From: Eledone cirrhosa
Taxonomy: Eukaryota
Assembly: GCA_964016885.1 (NCBI GenBank)
Contig: CAXHJY010001256.1
Span: 34,713 to 98,712, forward strand
DNA: 64,000 bases
Reading direction: 5' to 3'
Shown here: piece after piece, positions 37,441-50,352 of the stretch
How the letters are laid out: the number at the start of each line of letters is the position of its first letter
Position numbering within the stretch: the stretch's first letter is position 1
Program-made: the position numbers and the translations under genes
Notes under the pieces: generated by a model
Seen by the model: only the letters and a program-made list of their open reading frames with translations
What the model was told of the DNA's origin: nothing
Databases searched by the model: none

Positions 37441-39409
37441 AAAAAAGAAATAAGATAAAACTATGCAAGGTAGCCAAATGCTTTAATTAGTGTTATCTTG
37501 CTAGCTCAGGTTGATCTCACTAACACTATCTAGACAGAGAATTGCAGCCATCACCGACTAAGTTTATAACTAACTTCATAAAAAATAATATACTTCCTAC
37601 ATTCTACCATCACATCAAAGCAAATTTGGACCCTAACTTAAGATCAGGTCAATTGTCTAGCTTAGGACTCTTAAACAAGATTTCCAGACTCCTCTCAGAT
37701 CCTAAAACAGTATTAACTGCTTAAGCTCATGGTTTTGACAATATCTATAAAACTTTCCTTTCACAGAAGAGACTTAAAAAAAAAAAAAAATGAGCAGTCT
37801 GATTACAGTTTGTTTATTAGACATCACATTTATGTTTGTTTTTCTATGTTGGCATGCATTGGATGACACATTTTGAAAGTTTTTCAAAGGCTGGGTGCTC
37901 TTTCTGATGCCAACAAATACTTTGATATACAAGGTGTATATCACTTGTTAAAGTCTCATCAGACCAAAGGCTTATGAGGCTGGTGCTCCTCACTGGTTTC
38001 CTTGGTGTTAAGCGACAGAGTACAAGACTCCCTGGATAGGAAACCGGTCTATCACAAGATTAACTTCCCAGCTACTGCTGGTACTCATTCTGAGCAATGT
38101 GAAATAAAGTGTTTTTGCTCAAGAACACAACAGCCTGTCCAGGAATTGAACTGATGAGGTTATGGCAAGCATCCTAACCATTAGACCATGTGCCTACACT
38201 GCAGAAAATTGCTTACATGGAATATAAAGGTCAGCAGCGACTTCAAACATTAAGACAGCTGTGGTAAAATGACACAGAGACACACACAAAGGAGTCTCCT
38301 TACATTTTCCATCAACCAGGTTCATTCACAAGGCATTGGTGAGCTCAAGGCTATAATAGAAGACAACTGCCAAAAGTGCTACACAGTAAGATGGAGACAC
38401 ATGGTTGCAAAGTAAATTTAATTGCACTGCTATAGACAATATATAATAACAATAGTTGTGGTGTTAAGGTTTTAGTTTACTGGCCACAGGATCAGAAATT
38501 GAAACCTAAAGACAATTCATTTTACCCCAAGGTAAAGCACATTACATTACTGGCCTCAGTCAGTCTGGTTGACAAGATACATTCCTACTTTATGGTAAAT
38601 CTTTAGTTGTTTTATTAGCCATCCATCACTGATGATAATGATCTTCTCAATGTTGCCATTTAGGAGTAAGCAAGCTATGTACATGAGAAAATCAGTTTAA
38701 GATCCACATGTTTAATAGTAAAAAGAGCATCACAGTGGGAAGGGGGGGGGGGGGGGGGGATCCCATTAATATGCAAACATCCAATTTCACAAAGCCCATA
38801 CATCCCAATAGCACAAAAGAAATGTAAACTGAACAGTACAAGAAATTTCTATACCACTTCAACCATGTTCCACCAGAAGCTGGATGTGGATGAGATCACT
38901 GCTGTCCTTTGCACACAACGTCTCCATTGGTATGGACATGTATAGCGAGCCACATTATGCAGCAACTCCATCACTTGGCAATCCCTGGCACTAGAGATCA
39001 CAGCAGTCCAAGGAAGACGTGGTTGGAGTGCATGAAGAGTGATTTGTATAAATGCAACTTGGCCGATGTCGATACTATGGACTGAAATTCATGGAGAGCG
39101 GCTGTGAGACATTGCCTGGTGTTACCTACCTTGGAGTCCGGGATAACCCTAAAGACCAAAACTGGATATGGATGGATGGATGGACTGCTTTAAATAATAC
39201 AAGGAATTTATACTAAACAGCCTGAAACCTTGTTTTATAATACAAAATTATTTTAAAGTATTTATATTTAACAAAAAAGCTATTGCAATTTTTATGTAAG
39301 AACCTTTTTTAAGCCACACCCCAAACATCAGCTTAGTGAGGAGAAAGTTATATTACTAAAACCTAAATTCTTGGTTAAATCGTAGACAGTCTTAACATTT
39401 TCATTACCA

Positions 39410-40900
39410 CCATCATCACCATTTTACGTTCGCTTTTCCTTGCTTGCAAGGGTGGGTCGGGTCCTCTTCAGCGCAGCATATCTATTCGTCATCTCGTCTG
39501 TGAGCTTCATTGATCTGAGGTCTGCTCTCGCCACCTCTGCCCATGTTTTTCGTGGTCTTCCTCTATTATCTTCCTTCCACCGGGATTTCTTGGCATTTCT
39601 TCAGCTAGCAGGCATCTTCCATGTGCACCACATAGCCATACCAGTGCAGTCTTCCTGCATACTACAGTTTATTCCTCTTATACACAGTTTCACCCAATTC
39701 ATCCACGCTTGGTCGTTCATGCACATTGACATTGCACATCCATTGAAGCATGCTTGCTTCATTTCTCTCCAGCCTTCACATATCCTACACAGTTGCTGCC
39801 CATGTCTCACTACCATGCAGCATCGCGCATCTCTCACAGGCATCATACAACCGACCTTTCGTTCGTAGAGAGCGTGAGGCTTCCGCGAGATCAGGGAGGC
39901 GTGTGGGGCTGCCATAAGTTGGGGGAGACCTGACCAGAAGCATGAGGACGTGACGTCACGAGGGTCAAGGGAACGCGTAGTAACAAGACACGAGGTGGAG
40001 TTTTGCAGCACTAGCAGCGACGGAAGTCCATGGCAGTCGACAGCAACTGATGAGAACAGCCACTGCGAATATTCATCTGCATGCTTTCAGAGGCCGGTGC
40101 TTCAGGTGCCAGGGCCCACACATGGCAAGGGACTGCAGAGAGCCAAAGCCAGACAATCTGCTACAGATGCAAGCGGCCAGGCCACATTGCCAATAATTGC
40201 GAAATGGTTCGGGGGAGGGGGCTACTGTGCCGATAGCGACCCTGGAAGTGAGTAGAGGTGCCTTTGTAGTTGTTGCCCATGGAGGGAGGCATCGCGGGGC
40301 CCTCGTGGACATGGGCATCTCAACAACATTAGCGACCAAGGAGATAGTTAGGGACCACCAGACGACAGATCGGGGAACTCTATCAAAGGCCTTCGCTAGG
40401 TCAACAAAAGCTAAATATAGTGGCTTATTCTTCTCTAAGAACCTCTCTTGTAGTTGTCTCACTAAGAAGTGGTATCTGTTGTACTTTTCCCAGGCACAAA
40501 ACCAAACTAAATCTCATCTAATTTGACTTTCTTTAATTAGTTGTGCTAGCACTCTTTCTGTCACTTTCATAACCTAATCCATCAGTTTTATGCCCCTATA
40601 ATGGCTCCTCTCCAGAGCATCCCCTTTACCTTTGTAGCAATTAACAAGAATACTGCAGCACCAGTCTTTGGGAATGACTCCGCCATATATAACTTGATTG
40701 ACTATACGTGCAACCAGTTTAGTTCCTACTTCTGATGCCTTCAAGATCTCAGCAACTATCCCAGATGGTCCAGTGGCCTTATCACTCCTATAGTCATCAA
40801 CCTCAATAGCTGGTCCCTCTGTTGGGTCTGTTCAGGGTAGTTTCTCTCTCTTCCATTCATTCTCAACATTCATCATTCTCTCATGACATTGTTAAAACCA
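39410..40900 (-). mobile_element. Degenerate RTE copy whose middle is replaced by a Gypsy gag-protease fragment
   Basis: RTE motifs LYLAFVDLAKAFDRVPR (40353-40460) and 3' end (39410-39865) flank an unrelated GC-rich segment. Confidence 0.8.
39866..40352 (+). mobile_element. LTR-retrotransposon gag zinc knuckles + protease start (degenerate)
   Basis: CFRCQGPHMARDC and, after a frameshift, CYRCKRPGHIANNC; then ALVDMGISTTL (DTG-like). Confidence 0.75.
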
Positions 40901-42056
40901 ACAGGCTAATCCATTAGAAAGAGAGGAGTAGAACATTCTGCTTTAGAGAAGTTAAAAAAATTACATATCAAAAAGTTTAGTTCTAGAGACCAGTGATAGC
41001 TTCTCTTAAATGGAAGCCAGAAGGAGGACATAGAAAACAAGACATGGCCTGGGAGTAGCTCCATAAGACTTAAAACCATGCAGAATGGAGATCTCATTGG
41101 TGTCAAAAGGAACTAAAGAAGAATGTTGAAAAATATAAAGATGAAAACAAACCACAAACTGATCAAAAGGAGATATAACCTTTCCTAACAATATATGTCA
41201 AACTGTTGATATGTATGCCAGGGTAATTTATCTTTAGGTTACAAAGATATATATATGACATGAACAAATGTGCAAGTTTTAACTAGGTATCATTTAAAAC
41301 TAATTTTTACTCTGCTTTGGTAGAAGGTTTAACCCAAACTGTAGATACTTTCCTTTCCATTCAGGGCAATTATTTTCATTCACATCTTTTTACATTTTAT
41401 ACATATATATTTTGTCCTTCACATCTTTTTTCAACTTTTGTTCAATATCACTCATTTAATTGCATCTCCTCTATTAACACTTTTCCCACTTCTAATTGTG
41501 CCATTTGTCACCTCTATAATAGAATACTTTTAAATAGAAAAAAATTCCCAAGAAACTACAACTGTGCAAAAATAAAAATGGATTTCGACCAAACAGATCC
41601 ACTCTATCAAATTCTCACAATACATAAATTAATTGAAGGAATTGAGGTGGGAAAACAATCACTTATTTTGCCAGTCTTCCTGGTCACCACTTATCTGTAA
41701 TCCACAAACCTTACTCACCCCAAAAATGGGCAGAAATCTTAAATTTTACATGATATCACAGACATGACCATTTAGCCTTTCTACTCACATGATGTCACTG
41801 CTCCTGTGTGTTACTCAACTCCACAGGAATCAAAATTAGAGATTTTTGTAAAAGTATTCATCCATTAGAAAAAGATATCTAAAATTCCAGAAGCATACAA
41901 GGTACCATTTAAGATTGTACTAAGTGATAGCTATTATGTATGACAATACCATAGCAAAATAAAATGTTCAGATAGCAACAATATATTTTCATATACTATG
42001 TGGAGCTCTACAAGGTGACACATTGGCACTATTCTTGTTTATTGTTATACAATGAC

Positions 42057-43277
42057 TATAGCATAGAATTTAGCATACAGGTTGTCATCTTAGCCCTCTC
42101 CTGTTTATTATAGTACTGCAGACTATAACAGAGGAGTTTAAGACTAGCTGCCCAAGGGAACTCCTGTATGCAGATGATCTTACACTCATAGCGGAGTCTA
42201 TGGTGGAACTAGAGAAGAAATTCCAAACATGGAAGGAAGGAGTCTCAAAGTCAACCTGACAAAGACTAAAGTCCTAGTAAGTAGAAGAGAAAACAGAACC
42301 CTAATCCCCTCAGGGAAATGGCCTTGCTCAGTATGTAGGAAAGGTATAGGTAGAAATTCCATCCTCTGCCCCAAATGCAAACTATAGGTACACAAGAGAT
42401 GTAGTGGGATTTCAGGAAGTTTAGCTAAGAATTTAGGCTTTACATGTAGCAGTTGCACCAGGACAGTAAGCAGCAAATGACCACAAGAAACAAGCACTAC
42501 CAAATTCTGGGAGGGTTTGGTAGAAACAGTATATAGCTTCTGCTACCTAGGTGACCAAATTAGCAGCAGAGGTGAGTGTTCTGACTAGGGTAAGAACGGG
42601 ATGGAAGAAGTTCAGGGAGCTACTACCACTGCTAGTTGCAAAAAGGCTTTTCCTCAAAATAAAAGGCAGGCTGTATGATGCGAGCCTATGAACAGCAATG
42701 TTGCATGGTAGTGAAACATAGGCGTTGTGTGCAGAAGACTTGCGTAGATTAGAAAGAAATGAAGCTTGCATGCTCCAATGGATGTGTAATAGTAATATAT
42801 GCAAACGGCAAAGCATAAATGAATTGAGAGAGATTAAGCATAAGAGGAATCGAATGCTGTATGCAGGAAAGGAGATTACATTGGTATGGGCATGTGATGC
42901 ATATGAAGGATGACAGCTGGATAAAAAGGTGCAGAGCATTAAAAGTCGATGGAAGCCTTGGAGACCCAACAAGACTTGGGGTGAGGTGATAAAAGCTGAT
43001 CTTACCCAATTGCACCTCTCAAGGGCAATGAAACATGACCAAAAGCTGAAGCATATAGACAGTATGTCCCCACCTCCTCCCACTGTAAAGTTGTCTGTAG
43101 GTGTCACGACAAAAAAGCACCTAGTACTCACTGTAATTGAGGTTGGTGTTAGGAAGGGCATCCAGCTGTAGAAATCAAGCCAAAATCAGTTCTGTATTTG
43201 CAAGACAGTCACCTGACCTGGCATTGCCCACAACAGGACAATCAGTCTAACCCATGCTAGCATGGAAAATTGGACGT
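42057..43277 (+). mobile_element. Older RTE subfamily A copy (5'-truncated, disrupted)
   Basis: Collinear with 18315-19693; YADD region, PHD remnant, (GAT)n tail. Confidence 0.9.
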
Positions 43278-43924
43278 AAAACAGTGGTGATGATGATTCC
43301 TCCCAGCTTTAGATCTTGTACATGGTATCAGTAAAAATAGAGTCTATAGTGCTCAAATGTTCAGAAATTAGATACTTGCAAATGAGAAACTATGTATAAA
43401 GTTAACAGTAATGTATAAAGTTAACAGTAATGTATAAAGTTAACAGTAGGCAAAACATTTTCATTCAGAATTTAAAAACCAAGCTGTTACCAGATTTAGT
43501 TAAATAGAAAACTATAAACTATAAAAAATTAATATATAATGTTATATTATTGGAAATTACAACGATCAAGAGAAGCTTCTTTGCATAAAAGTATTATAAT
43601 ACTTTGTCAAAATTTCATGGAAAGAAAAAAAATTTAATTTTCAGTAATTTTTTTTTTAAATTCACGAAAAATTAGTTTCATGAATTTTAGAAAATTGAAA
43701 TATTTTAAAATTAAGAATCCTAAAAAATGTCAATCTAGAAAAAAGAATTTATCTAAAAATGTTTTTAAAAAAAAAATTTAAAAAAAAAAAAATTATTTCA
43801 AGAATTAAAAAAGAATTTATCTAAAAATGTTTTTAAAAAAAAAATTAAAAAAAAAAAAAATTATTTCAAGAATTTAAGAAGAATTTATCTAAAAATGTTT
43901 TTAAAAAAAATAAATAAAGAAAAA

Positions 43925-44330
43925 AAATTTTTGAAGAATTTAAGAAAAAATTTTTTTGAAGAATTTAAGAAAAAATTGTTTCAAGAATTTAAGAAAAAAT
44001 TGTTTCAAGAATTTAAGAAAAAATTGTTTCAAGAATTTAAGAAAAAATTGTTTCAAGAATTTAAGAAAAAATTGTTTCAAGAATTTAAGAAAAAATTGTT
44101 TCAAGAATTTAAGAAAAAATTGTTTCAAGAATTTAAGAAAAAATTGATTCAAGAATTTAAGAAAAAAATTGATTCAAGAATTTAAGAAAAAATTGATTCA
44201 AGAATTTAAGAAAAAATTGTTTCAAGAATTTAAGAAAAAAATTGATTCAAGAATTTAAGAAAAAATTGTTTCAAGAATTTAAGAAAAAAAATTTTTCAAG
44301 AATTTAAGAAGAAAAAAATTTCAAGAATTT
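43925..44330. repeat. 24-bp AT-rich minisatellite (TCAAGAATTTAAGAAAAAATTGTT)
   Basis: Visible tandem array, preceded by longer related units from about 43740. Confidence 0.93.
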
Positions 44331-44899
44331 GAAAATATATTAAAATTTTAAGAATTAAGTTTTTTCAAGACATCTTTTTAATGATATTCAAAAATTAAAA
44401 AAATATAATTTAAGAACTAAAAAAAAATCATTTTCAAGAATTAAATAATTTATCCATTTTGATACCAACTCAGGCAAAACCAGCTTTGGTTCTATGAAAC
44501 AGAACCACCCATTTTAAAGAGTCCCTATTTAAATTACAATCTTTCAATGATTTTGTTTAAGGCACCTGTGTTAAGTTATTTTAGAAATGAAATAACTCAC
44601 TTAAAATTTGTCATTAGAAAGAAATACAGTTAAAAATACAATAACAAAAGGGTTAACCATAAAAAAATTCTCATGGATAAAAAAAAAAGGTTAACAGAAT
44701 TAAACTTTTGCAAGGTTGAATTTAAAAAAAAGGTACAAACAATTTGGTAATTTATCACTCTTAATTGGAGAATGACTCTTGAATGAACAAGAAAAAGTAG
44801 ATTCCAAGCCTTTAACTATCTTGCAAAGAATTACGTTTTCATTCATTATTTCACAAGTATACTAAAATCAGTATTTTTAGTCATCCAAAACTGAATTCT

Positions 44900-45430
44900 G
44901 GCAACTGACTTGGTAAACACCCACAAAATTATTAACCATCTTGCCAACAACAACTCTGAGCACCTTTTTGATTTCCATGTGTTTAACACACGTGGGCATG
45001 CCTTACAAAGTCAGAAAACAGTACAGCTGTGACTTTTCGGAAACATTTTGTCACGCTCAGTTACTGAAGCATGGAACAAACTACCTGCATCAGTTAGCTG
45101 CCGGGATACTGCATCCTTTGAAACCTCCATACTTCCTGAAATTCACCAACACTACACCCGATATCACCCCTCCATACACACGCACACATGTATATCATGA
45201 CTCGTACTCTTCATATTCCTGACATTTGAACATTATTCTATGTACTATAGAAGCTGAGGTTGACTTTGCCTTTCATCCTTACGGGGTCGATAAAATGAAG
45301 TACCAGTAATGCACTGGGTAATTGCTGGCCTTGTGCCTAAAGTAGAAACAATTATTCTATGTACTATACATGCACCTTTGATGAGTTGTAGTGCACCTGA
45401 GTACTGTACACAATTTCATTATTGTTATTT
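44900..45430 (+). mobile_element. CR1 3' fragment with a nested truncated family B SINE (45250-45350)
   Basis: SINE flanked by direct repeat ATTATTCTATGTACTATA (45232-45249 / 45351-45368). Confidence 0.83.
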
Positions 45431-46383
45431 TTTTAAGCATACCTGTGCAGAAAATGTACTTTTTAGATATGAAAATGATCCGGCAGTCAAACTTATGGGA
45501 GCAAGTCACAGCTAGCACCCTATTTCTATAATTAGCAATAATTAATTTTTTTTAAATGTTCACAGATGTCATATTTACTCCAAAAGGTTACCTACCATAT
45601 AGTTTAATACCGTTAATGTAAAAATAATAATTCTGGAATATTTCGTAAATCTGCAAAATGAAAGAAAAAGAAAATGCAATAAATTAGAGAAGGAATTGAC
45701 AAAGGATTACAACTGAGTCATCCCATAAACAATGCAAGTTTTCAATTGCATTCAATAAAAGTGGAGGGGCGAGAATAAACACCTGCATAAACTTGCTATG
45801 AAAGCAGGTTTTAAACTCACCTTGCCCTCATTTAGTGAAAGCTTTGAAAAGTGAGGTTTATTGTCTTTTTTTTTTAAATATAAGTATAAAAAAACTGCAT
45901 TATTTATGGGATGTCCCAATACTATGCTTAATTTTAAATACTGGTAACATTCTGTAATTTTATATTTAAAGAGAAACTTTTTCAATTTTTTTAAATCTAA
46001 AATTTGTTGGAGTTGCACTGAAGCAGGTGGAAAAATTTCAAGTATCTCGAAACTTTTCACAAGTGTTAGAAGGCTGAATTAAATGTAAGAATTGCTGCAA
46101 CTCTTGGTCATCAGAAGAGAGGTAGGTGTGAAGGCCCAATTCGCTATCTTTAAATTGGTGTTCATGCCTACTCTTAACTATGGTCATGAATCTTAGGTAA
46201 TGACAAAGAATACAAGTGGCCAAAATGGGGATCTTTGATAGGGTGCATAACTTGTAGATAAGGGAGTCACTCCAGGTAGAGCTACTACTTCTCCACATCA
46301 AGAAATCATGGGCCAGTACTATAGAATTTCTAAGGAAAGAATCCCTGGACAGATTTTACAGGTCAAACCAAATGAATGGAGAC

Positions 46384-46904
46384 CTAGAGGCAAACCACAA
46401 GCAAGATGGTTAAATAACATCTAGAGGTAAACCACAAGCAAGATGGTTAGATAACATCTAGAGGTAAACCACAAGCAAGATGGTTAGATAACATCTAGAG
46501 GTAAACCACAAGCAAGATGGTTAGATAACATCTAGAGGTAAACCACAAGCAAGATGGTTAGATAACATCTAGAGGTAAACCACAAGCAAGATGGTTAGAT
46601 AACATCTAGAGGTAAACCACAAGCAAGATGGTTAGATAACATCTAGAGGTAAACCACAAGCAAGATGGTTAGATAACATCTAGAGGTAAACCACAAGCAA
46701 GATGGTTAGATAACATCTAGAGGTAAACCACAAGCAAGATGGTTAGATAACATCTAGAGGTAAACCACAAGCAAGATGGTTAGATAACATCTAGAGGTAA
46801 ACCACAAGCAAGATGGTTAGATAACATCTAGAGGTAAACCACAAGCAAGATGGTTAGATAACATCTAGAGGTAAACCACAAGCAAGATGGTTAGATAACA
46901 TCTA
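46384..46904. repeat. 14 x 37-bp minisatellite inside an RTE fragment
   Basis: Unit CTAGAGGTAAACCACAAGCAAGATGGTTAGATAACAT, period exactly 37. Confidence 0.96.
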
Positions 46905-47789
46905 TAAGCTCTGTTGGTCTCATTTTGGAATCCAACCAAATCATTGAGAGTTGCTTCTTATAGGACCCTTTGGAAAGCATATCTGATGACTGTTCCCACA
47001 ACCCTCTTCAGAATAAGTTGACAGAGAAGAACAGCTTATTAGAATTAGAATTTACAGCTGCAGAGCTTTTTTTTGTAGATGCACAGGGTCACGGTGCAGG
47101 CTGCAGAAAAGTGCATTACTGAACCTCATAAGATCATAGTTTTATTTTATTTAATTATACAAATTTATATATCTAATAATTTTCTGTGATCAAGAAATAC
47201 ATTGCTAAATATTTTTACTGCATAATACATTCCATTGTGGAAATATTCAGTGACAGAGGTTCATATGGTGTTATGACCCATCACATGATTTGGCATGGGT
47301 GAATATGGATTATGTGGTGGAAAATGCAGGCTTAGTAATTTTCTTAGTGTGGTTAATAGAAAAAGTGTCAAAAACTAGGTTTGTCAGCTTTTACCAAACT
47401 GTAATTTAAAATTATTTAAGAGAATGAGGCAACACAGATTGTAGAGATAGCCTAGGGTGCTAAATACCCAGGTGATGACTGCATATTTTGTTTGCCCTTG
47501 TGATTATATTTTCATTTAAACAGATTGCATTTAAATAATAGAGAAAAGAGAGCAAAGTACTCATTGAGATGCGCCTCTGTCCACTTTTTCCTCATTTGTG
47601 TTCGTTTCCAATTTTAATTTACCCTCTGGAAATTTCACCTTCATTTTAATGGAACCTTCAAGTAGGACTGAACCTCAAATGTTTCATATACTTTTTAAAA
47701 AATAAATGGACATCTACCCACTGTCTCCAATATTACGCACACAGTACTGAAAAGGGGTGATAAAAGAAAAATAGAAGGGAGGAGACCTT

Positions 47790-48450
47790 AAATTTTTTTA
47801 GGCAGGCAAACAGGTGATAACGAGGCTAAGATGCTGGGATAACCAAGCACCCTCGCGGGCAGCACCGGAAACATTGGTAAGGCTAACCAACAAGAAGTTT
47901 GTTGCCAGCTGTACAGCTCCCCAAAACGCCTTGAACGTCATTGCATATTAAAGTTTCCAAAAAGTGAAACTAAGGCTTTCACATGTAAACAAAACTACAA
48001 TAGCTGTAAAATTCCTCAGTCACGGTGTAGATCGCCTCCCACGCTATGCCATTCTAAATTTATTACAAAAGTAAATGGACAATTAAAGAACATTATAAAT
48101 TATATACAAAATGTTGGTTACAGGAAGGTCGTCAATCCAATTCCCCGAGAACTTTTGCGCTTGCAGAAAGTAAGCGGCATCTAGAAAATTGATCGGAAAG
48201 ATCAAAGAGTTGAAAGTTTCCCTCGAACGCAGGTTGTCCCATGCTCCCTACTTCCGTCTATTCTCATCAGCAGCGGGAACTGACAAACCCAGTTCTTTCC
48301 ACTTTAGTAAAGCTTCATCCAACTCCCTGGTGGAACTAGTCCAAGTTGGGAAGGAGAGGATGTCACGTTGGACTGCTAGCTTCCCATCGCAGCTTGAGCC
48401 GGTGCGGTGAGACCGAGTGGATGAAAAAAGCCAAATGGCATCACAATGTT
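47790..48450 (-). mobile_element. Degenerate CRE-like non-LTR retrotransposon relic (C-terminal RLE region)
   Basis: Fragments RRK*GAWDNL, RCRLLSASAK/SGNWIDDLP, GIAWEAIYT, SLTNVSGAAREGAWLSQHLSLVI resemble recalled CRE motifs (RLLAAS...SGAWL.ALP; AWDAT; GDPRE..FL.QRLS). Confidence 0.55.
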
Positions 48451-49491
48451 CCCGTTCTGCGGTGGTAAGCTCCATCATCTGGGATGCGACACGCGTTAGC
48501 CACTCGCAGAAGAGAGCGCTGCGAGTTGGAATGATTATTTCAACGTGCCGCCCTCGCTATCCCCTTGTGTAACGCCATTCTGTCGAAATATTGAAATACA
48601 AAGCGTAACCCTTCAATTTTTACTCCGCTATCTAACTTGCTCCGTTGAGGCTTTCACACCAGGTTGTTCTGGGTTCAGTAGCGCCACGCAGCACAATGGG
48701 TGAGTGCCATATATATATATATACGATGGAATTTGGTAAACGTGCGTTCCTTAACTTAGCGGTTCTAAAAAAATAGCTCGATTGAAACATATCCTATTTC
48801 GGGGATTAAATAGTGTGAAATGCATAAACATGTTTCATATATGAAGATATTAAAATGTTAATCTCATACCCACTCACCTATAAAATTTAAGAGCCGTGTA
48901 CGATATATTCCACATGCTTTAGCTTGTGTAAAAAATATTTGTATTCAAAGTAATATATGAAAGTCTGTATTTTTCATTCAATAATTTCTTCTGCGTTCTA
49001 TTAAAATAAAGAATTAAAAATATGTATAAATTAAGACAAATATAGATATGCAACAGGACTGGAAAACGAGTAGTTATTTCTTAGAAAATAAACGATAATG
49101 GTCTTTGAAGAGATTCTTATATATTAATAGTTTGTCTGCTGGGACCATGATGTGACTTGCGAATGAGTTCTGCACGTTCGAGACCATTCTCCCATACTGT
49201 CCTGTATCATGGGGAAAGCGACAATTAACTATTGTTTTATAAAATGTTTTCTAACAGATGGGTTCAATACAAAACATGGGGTGCTGGAGTTTCCTTCTAA
49301 GTTTTTAAGGCAATTTTGTGTTTATTTGTCTGCATTTCATTGAAATGAATTTCCAAGTGTTGCCACATGCACACACTTCAAAGTGTTAAACCAGCGAATT
49401 TTTTAAAAAATCAATTGCTCAAACATATCAAAAGACTGCTGCAAATATATAATATATATATAATATAATATATAATATATAATATAATATA

Positions 49492-49965
49492 TATACTGAT
49501 TAATGTTCAGAGCCATCCTCAGCATTCTCGTGTAGCACCCATCCACCATCTGAGTGAGTTTCTTGGTCAGTGTCCAAGTCTCAGACCCATACAGCAGCAC
49601 AGACTCCACTACAGCAATGAACATTAATCAGTATACACTGAACATTAATCAGTATACACTGAGGATGAAAAACTCAGCTGTATGGGAGCATCCCAAAAGT
49701 CAGCTCAAAAGTGACACAGAGGAGACTGAGGTTAGCTGGACATGCTCACCGACATCCAGAGTTGACATTGCACTCAGTACTCCTTTGGGAGCCCCTACAT
49801 GGACACACTAGAAGAAGAAGACCAAGGTTAACGTATGTTGAAGCCCTAAGGACAGACACTGGTCTGTTGGAGACGCAGGACATGGCAGCAATAATGAGGG
49901 ACAGAGACCGCTGGAGAGAACTCGTCCATGGATCTCGGGAATTTTACCCGCCTTAGATAGATAGA
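49492..49965 (+). mobile_element. Short RTE-clade insertion with 5' inversion
   Basis: 49624-49492(-) encodes ESVLLYGSETWTL...RMALNINQY; 49618-49953(+) continues NINQY...RRLRLAGH...RDRWR; (TAGA)n tail. Confidence 0.85.
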
Positions 49966-50082
49966 TATATATATAATATATAATGGAAAAAATGAAACGA
50001 AATTTCATTTCTCACTCTTAGTACGGCTGTTACTTAAATATAAGTATGTATACGTACATACATACAGACGTACAGTAGTATG

Positions 50083-50144
<62 letters not shown>

Positions 50145-50270
50145 TATAATGTAGGAGGTGAGTTTTATTGTAGTACAATAAAGCAATGCAGATATCGGAT
50201 AAGAAGCACTCTACAGTTTGTAGGACTGGAGTATGCATAATATAAGATCAAAAGATGGTTAAAGGAGTTC

Positions 50271-50352
50271 CATGTATTTTATTATGCGCATTTCAAAAAC
50301 AAACATCATCATGCAATAATATTTGTGTTTTCATCAGATAAAACAGAACATG
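50271..50352 (-). ncRNA. Minimal type I hammerhead ribozyme in PLE pseudo-LTR
   Basis: UGUUUUAU-CUGAUGA-[16-bp stem II, GCAU loop]-GAAA-U-GCGC-A-UA-AUAAAAUA on the element's sense strand. Confidence 0.82.

Noticed and set aside
40047-40070. CTGATGA hammerhead-like core
   Set aside because: Followed by GAAT rather than GAAA, no supporting stems, and lies within a gag fragment
43895-44185. ORFs of repeated FQEFKKKL / KNLRKNCF
   Set aside because: Open only because the tandem unit is 24 bp; no splice or homology support
46384-46904. 37-bp repeat array of CRISPR-like unit length
   Set aside because: Units are contiguous with no spacers, there are no cas genes, and the unit derives from LINE coding sequence
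48248-48478. 76-aa ORF as a host gene first exon
   Set aside because: Better explained as part of the decayed CRE-like reading frame, which continues past the stop
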